Part shown: positions 56,731 to 64,000 of the stretch, piece after piece
Layout of the letters: the number at the start of each line of letters is the position of its first letter
How positions within the stretch are numbered: position 1 is the first letter of the stretch
DNA from: Flavobacteriales bacterium
Lineage (GTDB): Bacteria; Bacteroidota; Bacteroidia; Flavobacteriales; BACL11
Length of the DNA stretch: 64,000 nucleotides
Assembly (NCBI GenBank): GCA_002712715.1
Contig: PAUF01000007.1
Span: 450,134-514,133, forward strand
Reading direction: 5' to 3'
The notes under the pieces: generated by a model
Database searches by the model: none
What the model was told of the DNA's origin: nothing
What the model saw: the letters and a program-made list of their open reading frames with translations, nothing else
Made by a program: the position numbers and the translations under genes

Positions 56731-58596
56731 TTATTCAATGATTAACTTTTCTACATAGCTATCCATTTGATCAGAAACTTTAATAAAGTACACCCCTTTG
56801 TTAAACTGAGATAAATCAATTTCTATGGATGAAGATTCATCATCATCAATCTCAACACTATAAACCTCTTGACCTAAGATATTTGAAATTTTCAATATAT
56901 AGTTATCAGTTAAAAATCTATCATTATGTGATAACTCTAAATTAAACACTCCATTACTTGGGTTTGGATATATATTTACTATATCTAAATCTATTGATTT
57001 ATCAAATTCAGTAGAAGAAACGGTTGAATTAATATTCATTCTAATCATTAGTGCTTTTGAAGCTGAATACCAATATCCAAATCCTCCACTTCCAATATCA
57101 CAACCATTATCTTGTATAAAACTTAAAGAATTATAATTACTCGATGAGCTAATTAAAGACGTATCAATAGGATTAGCTTGCCCCTGAACAGCAGCGACAT
57201 ACGATGTTCCAGAATACAGTGTTACAGGAGGGTCTAATTTTAATGTAACCCATGAATCAAGATCATTAGTGGTTAATGTATAGTCATCAGACTCTGCCAA
57301 ATATATTGGAGAATATGGTGTTACCATTGGATCTACTTCAAATAACATTACCTTCAAGTCTGCTCCGGGTACAGATTGATCATTTACATGAAATGAAATT
57401 GAAGTCGCTTTAGTATCATTATATATGTCGAAAACATTTCCTAATGTTTGACCTCCACATTCTCTACCTAAATAATAACCTCCTTCAGCGTTTTGACCAT
57501 CTGAGTTCCAGTCAAAATCTACTCCATATACAGTATCAGTAACTAATGTACCTCTTCCAATCGTATCAGTCGTTGGAAAAGAGTCTGATGAAGCCCAAAA
57601 ACTAATTTGATGATATCCCATATTAGTCGGGATAAACTGAGTTGTTGTTTCTAAGGTGTCCCTGTCCATTGAATATAAAGAAATTGGATTTGAAGAACCA
57701 GTAAAAACAGAAGATCCTGAATTTTGATCAGTAACATCAATATACATAACAACATTATTTTGAGTATTCACTCCTTCATTAGCTACTGCGGCCTCAAATC
57801 TATATGGGTTTGCTGTAACCTGTTCCATTGGATTTAAAGTATAATCTACTCCTAAACCTCCAACAATTTCATAGCCAATCCACCATCCACCAAAAGTTTC
57901 CGCATCAATTGTAACTAAATTTTTTGGAGTTTCAACAAAAGCCACATCATCTACCATCCACGCATAATCCCAAACTCCCTCAAAACGAAATCTGAACCAA
58001 ACTGCAGATTGGTTTCCTGCTGTTGGTGTGATATTAAGAGAAACATTTTCAGGATTTGCAGAGCTTGTATTCGTTGCGTAATCAGCATGTACTTCATATC
58101 TATCCCAATTAATATTATCATTACTTACCTCAACAAAAATTGAATCGTTAAACTTTCTATAGTTAGATTCAAACTGAATATTAACATTTTGATACATTGA
58201 ACAATCTATAGAGTTATTGTACGCCAGTGTAGCGTCTTGAACATTAGTGTATGATACTGATAAAGCATCTGAATCATATAATCCAAAACCGTTACTTGCA
58301 GTAGTAGATGCAATTGCATTCATAGTTGAAGAAAAAGATCCCGTTGGACCACTAGTTGTAATCACCCAATTTTGAGTTCCACTATGTGCATAATCTGTCA
58401 TTGTCCACATAGATGGGTCTGAAAGATCATCAGTCCAAAATGGTGTAGCTTTGGCCTGGAATGTGTGATCAGATCCAGTATGTATTATCTCTTTTTTAAT
58501 TTTATGATTAAAGTCATTGTTTTTTACATGCAATACTTGAGAGAAAGCTATAGAAACAAATAGTATTGATAAAGTAGATAAATAAATTTTTTTCAT
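56731..58596 (-). CDS. secreted T9SS-cargo protein, family B (type II copy B4), unknown function
   Basis: Same architecture as B2, with a near-identical C-terminal half. Signal peptide MKKIYLSTLSILFVSIAFSQ. PNPSNG CTD. Confidence 0.75.
   Translation of the reverse strand: MKKIYLSTLSILFVSIAFSQVLHVKNNDFNHKIKKEIIHTGSDHTFQAKATPFWTDDLSDPSMWTMTDYAHSGTQNWVITTSGPTGSFSSTMNAIASTTASNGFGLYDSDALSVSYTNVQDATLAYNNSIDCSMYQNVNIQFESNYRKFNDSIFVEVSNDNINWDRYEVHADYATNTSSANPENVSLNITPTAGNQSAVWFRFRFEGVWDYAWMVDDVAFVETPKNLVTIDAETFGGWWIGYEIVGGLGVDYTLNPMEQVTANPYRFEAAVANEGVNTQNNVVMYIDVTDQNSGSSVFTGSSNPISLYSMDRDTLETTTQFIPTNMGYHQISFWASSDSFPTTDTIGRGTLVTDTVYGVDFDWNSDGQNAEGGYYLGRECGGQTLGNVFDIYNDTKATSISFHVNDQSVPGADLKVMLFEVDPMVTPYSPIYLAESDDYTLTTNDLDSWVTLKLDPPVTLYSGTSYVAAVQGQANPIDTSLISSSSNYNSLSFIQDNGCDIGSGGFGYWYSASKALMIRMNINSTVSSTEFDKSIDLDIVNIYPNPSNGVFNLELSHNDRFLTDNYILKISNILGQEVYSVEIDDDESSSIEIDLSQFNKGVYFIKVSDQMDSYVEKLIIE
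57031..57621 (-). repeat. 197-codon block highly similar to 51502..52092
   Basis: See the partner repeat at 51502..52092. Confidence 0.8.
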
Positions 58597-58621
58597 TTTT
58601 TTTAATTTTAATTACGGTTTA

Positions 58622-58629
58622 CAAATGTA
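58622..58629 (-). promoter_or_regulatory. -7 box TACATTTG, 25 nt upstream of B4
   Basis: Exact TAnnTTTG match on the minus strand. Confidence 0.45.
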
Positions 58630-58668
58630 ATAATATAATAGAATAATAGTCTAAATAAAAACAAAAAT

Positions 58669-61557
58669 CTATTCGCTATATAATTCAATTGGACTACAAG
58701 TACAAATAAGATTTCTATCTCCATATGCTTCATCTACTCGTCCAACAGATGGCCAAAACTTGTTTTCTTCAACAAAAGATAACGGAAATACTGCTTTTTC
58801 TCGATCATATGGTCTATTCCAATTTGAAGAAACAACAGATTTCATAGTATGAGGAGCATTTTTGATCACATTATCTTTTAAATCAACTTCATTATTAATA
58901 ATTTGATTAATTTCTTGTTTAATTGATTTAAGACACTGGCAGAATCTATCTAATTCCTTTTTTGATTCACTCTCAGTTGGTTCTATCATCATGGTTCCAG
59001 GAACTGGGAATGAAACTGTGGGGGCATGATATCCATAGTCCATTAATCTTTTTGCTATATCCGCTACGCTTATTCCAAAGTCTTTATAACTTCTAAAATC
59101 GACTATCATCTCATGAGCTACCATTCCATTTTTAGAAGTATATAAAATATCAAAATCTTCAGAAACTTTACTTTTTAAATAATTCGCACTTAATATCGCA
59201 ATTTCAGTAGATTTCTTTAAACCATAGGAACCAAGCATTTTAATATATGCATATGAAATAGTTAATGCTAAAGCAGATCCCCAAGGAGCAGCTGAAATAG
59301 CGCTTATTGATTTGCTCCCACCTACAGGAATAACAGGGTTTGATGGTAAAAATTCTTTTAAATGAGATACAACACCAATAGGTCCCATTCCAGGACCTCC
59401 TCCTCCATGAGGAATAGCAAATGTTTTATGTAAATTCAAATGACATACATCAGCGCCAATTATAGCAGGATTAGTCAACCCTACTTGAGCATTCATGTTC
59501 GCACCATCCATGTATACTTGTCCACCATTATTATGAATTAATTCAGTAATATTAATAATTTCTTCTTCAAATACTCCATGAGTTGAAGGGTAAGTAATCA
59601 TCAAACACGATAAATTTTCAGAATGCTCTTTTACCTTAATCTTTAACTCATCATAATTAATATTTCCTTTATCATCGCACGGAGTAACAACAACTTTCAT
59701 ACCAGCCATTACAGCAGACGCAGGATTTGTACCGTGAGCAGAAGATGGAATAATACATACGTTTCTGTGGTGATCACCTCTACTATGATGAAAAGCTCTA
59801 ATAACCATCAATCCAGCATATTCACCTTGAGCTCCAGAATTAGGTTGTAAACTAACAGCATCAAAACCTGTTATCTCACATAACATTTCTTCTAGCTCAT
59901 GAAACATAATATGATAACCTCTTGCTTGGTGAGCTGGAACAAATGGATGTATATTACTCAGCTCTGTCCATGACAAAGGCAGCAATGAAGCAGCTGGATT
60001 AAGTTTCATAGTACATGATCCAAGTGAGATCATAGAATGGGTTAAAGATAAATCTTTTTTCTCTAACATCTTTATATATCTCATCATTTCAGTTTCTGAA
60101 TGGTAAGAGTTAAAGACATCATCATTCATAAATTCAGATTTTCTAAATAATTTATCAGGAATTCTATGATAGGCTTTATCATAATCTCCTTTGAGCACTT
60201 CTGCAATTAGATTCTTATAATCAGTGTGATTACAACTTTTAGCAAAAACCTCTAAAATGTCTACAATATTATTAATATCATCTTTTTCATCAATACTAAT
60301 TGATAACATTTTTTCATCTATGTAGTTAAAGTTAATTTTCGCATCTTCTGCATAGGTCTTTATATTATCCATTGAAACATTTCCAATTTTTATAAGAATC
60401 GTATCGAAAAAATCTGTATTTAATTGATGATATCCTAATTGAATTAATCCTTCTGCCAATTTGGAAGAAAGAGCATGTATTTGCTTTGCAATACTTAAAA
60501 TTCCTTTTGAACCATGATACACTCCATACATAGAAGCCATAACAGCTAGCAGTACTTGTGCTGTACATATATTAGAAGTAGCTCTCTCTCTTTTTATATG
60601 CTGTTCTCTAGTCTGTAATGCCATTCTTAACGCTCTATTACCATCTTTATCTTTAGTGACACCAATAATTCTTCCAGGTATATTTCTTTTATATTTTTTA
60701 GTAGTAGCAAAATATGCAGCATGTGGACCTCCGTATCCCATTGGAATACCAAACCTCTGTGTTGTTCCAATTACAACATCCGCTCCCCACTCTCCAGGTG
60801 GACGAAGCATTGATAAGCTTAATAAATCAGCAGCTACCACTAATCCAACATTATATTTTTTAAAATTATCAACTAAATTTTCATAATCATGCAACTCTCC
60901 ATATTTTGAAGGATATTGAAGAATAGCACCAAAAAAAGATTCTGAAACATCTAAAGTTCTATGATCCCCAATAACTAACTCTATTCCCAATGGCTCTGAT
61001 CTTGTTTTTAAAACATCTATGGTCTGAGAAAAACAAAGTTCAGAAACAAAAAATTTATTAGCTCCATTCTTTCTTTTTTCTCTAGACAAATTATTAAATA
61101 ACATTGTCATTCCTTCAGCTGCAGCAGTAGCCTCATCCAACAACGAAGCATTTGCAATTGGCATTGCGGTAAGGTCGCAAACCATAGTCTGATAATTTAA
61201 CAACGCTTCTAATCTACCTTGTGAAATCTCAGCTTGGTATGGAGTATATGCGGTATACCAATTAGGATTCTCTAAAACATTTCTTTGAATTACTGATGGT
61301 AAAACGGTATTATAATATCCCATTCCTATATAAGATCTATAATTTTTATTCTTATTAGACAAAACTCTCATATGTTCTAAAAATCTTATCTCACTCATCT
61401 CCGGGGATAAATCAAGTTCATTTCTGAGTCTTATACTTTCCGGAATAGTCTTATCAATTAAATCTTCTAAATTATTCTCATCAATAACAATAAGCATCTC
61501 TTTGACATCTTCTTCACTCAAACCTTGGTGTCTATCAATAAATTTTTTAATCGCCAT
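58669..61557 (-). CDS. gcvP: glycine dehydrogenase (decarboxylating), single-chain P protein
   Basis: 962 aa from the ATG at 61557 (MAIKKFIDRHQG...). PLP-lysine region CHLNLHKTFAIPHGGGGPG. Collinear with two-domain GcvP. A -7 box inside the track's 15-codon extension argues against the 61602 start. Confidence 0.95.
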   Translation of the reverse strand: MAIKKFIDRHQGLSEEDVKEMLIVIDENNLEDLIDKTIPESIRLRNELDLSPEMSEIRFLEHMRVLSNKNKNYRSYIGMGYYNTVLPSVIQRNVLENPNWYTAYTPYQAEISQGRLEALLNYQTMVCDLTAMPIANASLLDEATAAAEGMTMLFNNLSREKRKNGANKFFVSELCFSQTIDVLKTRSEPLGIELVIGDHRTLDVSESFFGAILQYPSKYGELHDYENLVDNFKKYNVGLVVAADLLSLSMLRPPGEWGADVVIGTTQRFGIPMGYGGPHAAYFATTKKYKRNIPGRIIGVTKDKDGNRALRMALQTREQHIKRERATSNICTAQVLLAVMASMYGVYHGSKGILSIAKQIHALSSKLAEGLIQLGYHQLNTDFFDTILIKIGNVSMDNIKTYAEDAKINFNYIDEKMLSISIDEKDDINNIVDILEVFAKSCNHTDYKNLIAEVLKGDYDKAYHRIPDKLFRKSEFMNDDVFNSYHSETEMMRYIKMLEKKDLSLTHSMISLGSCTMKLNPAASLLPLSWTELSNIHPFVPAHQARGYHIMFHELEEMLCEITGFDAVSLQPNSGAQGEYAGLMVIRAFHHSRGDHHRNVCIIPSSAHGTNPASAVMAGMKVVVTPCDDKGNINYDELKIKVKEHSENLSCLMITYPSTHGVFEEEIINITELIHNNGGQVYMDGANMNAQVGLTNPAIIGADVCHLNLHKTFAIPHGGGGPGMGPIGVVSHLKEFLPSNPVIPVGGSKSISAISAAPWGSALALTISYAYIKMLGSYGLKKSTEIAILSANYLKSKVSEDFDILYTSKNGMVAHEMIVDFRSYKDFGISVADIAKRLMDYGYHAPTVSFPVPGTMMIEPTESESKKELDRFCQCLKSIKQEINQIINNEVDLKDNVIKNAPHTMKSVVSSNWNRPYDREKAVFPLSFVEENKFWPSVGRVDEAYGDRNLICTCSPIELYSE

Positions 61558-61589
61558 ATTATTTAAATTATAAACTTTGTAAACTGCTT

Positions 61590-61597
61590 CAAAATTA
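61590..61597 (-). promoter_or_regulatory. -7 box TAATTTTG, 32 nt upstream of gcvP
   Basis: Exact TAnnTTTG match on the minus strand. Confidence 0.45.
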
Positions 61598-61639
61598 AGC
61601 ATTGAAATGCAAATTTTCAGAATAATTAGAAAAAAAACA

Positions 61640-61647
61640 TAATTTTG
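61640..61647 (+). promoter_or_regulatory. -7 box TAATTTTG, exactly 4 nt upstream of the ATG at 61652 (predicted leaderless)
   Basis: The plus strand reads TAATTTTG-AAAA-ATG. Confidence 0.5.
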
Positions 61648-61651
61648 AAAA

Positions 61652-62486
61652 ATGATATTTTTTTACAAAATTTTTCAACTAATTATTTATAGCAATATTT
61701 ATGTATCTATATGTATATCATCACTATCCGCGGCTACAGCCATAATGACAAATCCTAATATTGAAATCACTGAAATAAGTACCGTAACTAAATTCATCTT
61801 TTTTTCAACTCTTTTTACATATAACTTTCATCGATTTGTAAGATTAAAAAAATTAAATCCAGTAAAAAAAAAAATGGATACAGTCTAATAAGTGGATATT
61901 AGAATGCATAACAACAATTTCAATGATTTTTGCTATTAAGCTGTTTTTCGAATTAAATAATACAACTAAATTAGTTATATTATTTATTGGAATAATAAGC
62001 CTGTCCTACCCATATGTAATACGAAGAATTCCATATATAAAGGTCTTTGTTATTGCTTTTGTATGGACAATAGTCTCCTGTCTAATTGAAGGTTTGGAGA
62101 ACAATATTGAAATAGATTTAGCTTATTTATTACAAATATTAGCTAGATTCTGTTTTATTATATCTATCACAATTCCATTTGATATTAGAGATTTAAAAGT
62201 GGACAAGAAAACAATTAGAACTATACCTATGATTTTTGGTGAAGATAAATCAATTCTTTTTTCAAAAAACTTGTTGATAGCTTCAGTGTTTTTATATCTA
62301 TTATTATATTATCTAAATAATATAGAAATCATTCATCTCTGCTCTTTAATTTTTGGGTCATTCTTCACTTTAGCTATATTAATGAAAGTTTCTAATAAGA
62401 AAAATGATATTTTTTATTCCTTTTGGTTAGAATCTTCGAGCCTAGTGGTTTATATAATTTTATTCATATCCTCTTGGATTCCATAA
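61652..62486 (+). pseudogene. UbiA-superfamily-like polytopic membrane protein split into two ORFs by an A11 tract (frameshift, sequencing error, or slippage-dependent expression)
   Basis: ORF 61652..61888 and ORF 61923..62486 are both hydrophobic. The second frame is open back to a TAA at 61863..61865, so the two frames overlap only inside the A-run 61864..61874. Removing one A gives one protein of about 277 aa. DIRDLKVDKKTIRTIPMIFGEDKS resembles the second Asp-rich motif of UbiA prenyltransferases. I did not see the first Asp-rich motif. Confidence 0.55.
61864..61874 (+). repeat. A11 homopolymer at the frame junction
   Basis: Counted directly: agt + aaaaaaaaaaa + tgg. Confidence 0.95.
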
Positions 62487-62526
62487 ATCATATTGTTATT
62501 TTTACTGCTACTAAAAACAGTCAATA

Positions 62527-63618
62527 ATGTCAGAGAAGTCTTCATCAATTCATTATATAAATTACTTAGATCTAGATAAAATTCTAAACGCGCAGAACAC
62601 CGTTAGTGGTAAAGGAAATGCGGCTGCCCATGAAGAAATGTTATTCATAATTATTCATCAAACCTATGAACTATGGTTTAAGCAAATAATCCATGAATTA
62701 GAATCCATTATAAGCATGTTTAAAACTGATACAATTGATGAATCTTCATTAAGTACTGTTGTGAAAAGAGTTTCTAGAATAAACACCATTATGGATACGC
62801 TGATTAATCAAATCGAAATATTAGAAACTATGACTGCAATAGAATTTTTAGATTTTAGAAATCATCTATCTCCAGCCTCAGGATTTCAATCTCATCAATT
62901 TAGGAAAATTGAAGTTATGACTGGTTTAAAAATTAAAAACAGACATGAATTTGGAGGATGTCCTTATCATGATCAATTTGAAAACAATAAAAAATCAGAG
63001 ATACTAAATTTAGAGAAAAATGAATCACTATTTGATTTATTAGAAAAATGGTTGGAAAGAATTCCGTTCTTAAAAATAAATGAATTTGATTTTATTCAAA
63101 AATATGATGAAGCGGTAAATAAGATGATTGGAAAAGAAATTCAATCATTAGAATCCTCAAAACATATAGAAGATAAAGAAAGAGAAATTAGAATTAAGAT
63201 GATTAATGAAAATCGTAAATATTTTTCTCAAATACTAAATGAAGAAAATCATAAAATAGCTATCAAAAATGGGGAAACTTCACTTTCTTACAAAGCGACC
63301 ATGTCTGCTTTGCTAATTAATCTTTATCATGAAGAACCTATTTTACATATGCCATATAAATTAATTCAGAAATTAATTGAGTTTGATCATAAAATTGCAA
63401 CATGGCGTTTTCGTCATATGCAAATGGTAGAAAAAATGCTTGGCAAAAAAGTTGGAACTGGTGGAAGTTCTGGTCAAGGATATTTAAAAAATACGGTTGA
63501 AAAACATAAAATATTTACAGATTTATGTAATATTTCAACCTTACTTATTTCCAAAACACATTTACCAGAATTATCTGAAAGTTTAAAACAATCATTAGGT
63601 TTTCATTATACAAAATAA
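62527..63618 (+). CDS. kynA: tryptophan 2,3-dioxygenase (long, metazoan-like form)
   Basis: YLDLDKILNAQ, HEEMLFIIIHQTYELWFKQI, ILETMTAIEFLDFRNHLSPASGFQS.QFR, LSYKA...WRFRHMQMVEKMLGKKVGTGGSSGQGYLK. It is collinear with human TDO2 as I recall it, including the long helical insert. Confidence 0.9.
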   Translation: MSEKSSSIHYINYLDLDKILNAQNTVSGKGNAAAHEEMLFIIIHQTYELWFKQIIHELESIISMFKTDTIDESSLSTVVKRVSRINTIMDTLINQIEILETMTAIEFLDFRNHLSPASGFQSHQFRKIEVMTGLKIKNRHEFGGCPYHDQFENNKKSEILNLEKNESLFDLLEKWLERIPFLKINEFDFIQKYDEAVNKMIGKEIQSLESSKHIEDKEREIRIKMINENRKYFSQILNEENHKIAIKNGETSLSYKATMSALLINLYHEEPILHMPYKLIQKLIEFDHKIATWRFRHMQMVEKMLGKKVGTGGSSGQGYLKNTVEKHKIFTDLCNISTLLISKTHLPELSESLKQSLGFHYTK

Positions 63619-63623
63619 ATTAT

Positions 63624-64000
63624 ATGAAATTAAATCTATTAAACAAAAATGCCATTGTATGTGGAAGCACTCAAGGAATTGGAGAAGCTTCTGCTTTAAA
63701 CCTAGCAAAACTTGGAGCGAATATTACATTAATAGCGCGAAATGAAAATAAACTCTTAGATGTATTAAGTCATCTGGATACCAGTAAAGGTCAAACCCAT
63801 AGCTTTATTGCAATAGACTTTAGAGACTCTATAACATTAAAAAAGGAAGTTGATCTTTTAAAAGATCGATATCACATATTAATTAATAACACTGGAGGAC
63901 CAGCTGGAGGAGCAGTTACTGAAGCTTCTTTAGAGTCCTTTGAAAATGCATTCCAAATGCATCTCATTAACAATCAAATTCTTGTACAAAAAGTCGTTAA
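63624..64000 (+). CDS. short-chain dehydrogenase/reductase (SDR), N-terminal part; runs off the right edge
   Basis: Not in the ORF track because it has no stop in the window. The ATG at 63624 gives MKLNLLNKNAIVCGSTQGIGEASALNLAKLGANITLIARNENKL... with the TGxxxGIG-type Rossmann motif and later NNTGGP. Confidence 0.8.
   Translation, partial: MKLNLLNKNAIVCGSTQGIGEASALNLAKLGANITLIARNENKLLDVLSHLDTSKGQTHSFIAIDFRDSITLKKEVDLLKDRYHILINNTGGPAGGAVTEASLESFENAFQMHLINNQILVQKVV

Noticed and set aside
44121-58668. Integrative mobile element inserted at tRNA-Phe.
   Set aside because: I saw no integrase, recombinase, transposase or conjugation gene. I found no second copy of the tRNA 3' end at the distal boundary when reading the intergenic regions. 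I therefore describe it only as an accessory island. A computed repeat search would be needed to exclude a short att site.
61558-61651. Possible glycine riboswitch upstream of gcvP.
   Set aside because: Only about 32 nt separate the -7 box from the ATG. The roughly 94-nt spacer is almost pure A/T with no GGAGA...CACCG-type aptamer cores or stable helices.
1-64000. CRISPR arrays, rRNA genes, IS elements, prophage or classical defence-system genes (restriction-modification, toxin-antitoxin, Cas, reverse transcriptases).
   Set aside because: None were seen. No regularly spaced direct repeats occur in any non-coding stretch. All gaps are under 300 bp and are accounted for by promoters, terminators or small ORFs. 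No ORF has nuclease, methylase or reverse-transcriptase motifs that I recognise.

Overview
This is a strongly AT-rich, very gene-dense chromosomal segment. It most likely comes from a free-living member of the Bacteroidota, probably Flavobacteriia. The evidence for that placement is the adjacent gldD/gldE gliding genes, many T9SS C-terminal sorting domains, TAnnTTTG -7 promoter boxes, and A-rich start contexts without Shine-Dalgarno sequences. I count about 60 protein genes and one tRNA-Phe. I saw no rRNA, CRISPR array, transposase, integrase or phage genes. Most of the window is housekeeping: serS(partial)-rpmA-rplU; ctaA; gldD-gldE-ssb-mutY; HU-rng; recX-prfB; fumC; mlaEF-rsmA-mgtE-pfp-mfd; purH-mreBCD-mrdA-rodA; ppiD-like/lptC/coaX; gcvP; kynA. 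The clearly accessory part is 44.3-58.6 kb, directly downstream of tRNA-Phe. It holds seven signal-peptide/T9SS-CTD proteins: two uncharacterised paralog families plus an arylsulfotransferase-like beta-propeller. These surround a TonB-dependent receptor that is translationally coupled to an M15 peptidase. This is my best candidate for an undescribed surface capture/uptake system, but its function is inference only. Other points worth a second look: (1) -7 promoter boxes sit exactly 4 nt from the ATG of four genes, which implies leaderless mRNAs. (2) An A11 tract splits a UbiA-like membrane protein gene into two ORFs. (3) An untracked 28-aa ultra-basic ORF resembles ribosomal protein bS22/mS38. 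(4) prfB has no programmed frameshift. (5) The phosphofructokinase is of the PPi type. (6) The tryptophan 2,3-dioxygenase has metazoan-type architecture. (7) PBP2 carries a roughly 60-aa insertion. All calls come from reading the sequence and ORF translations. No database search was run.
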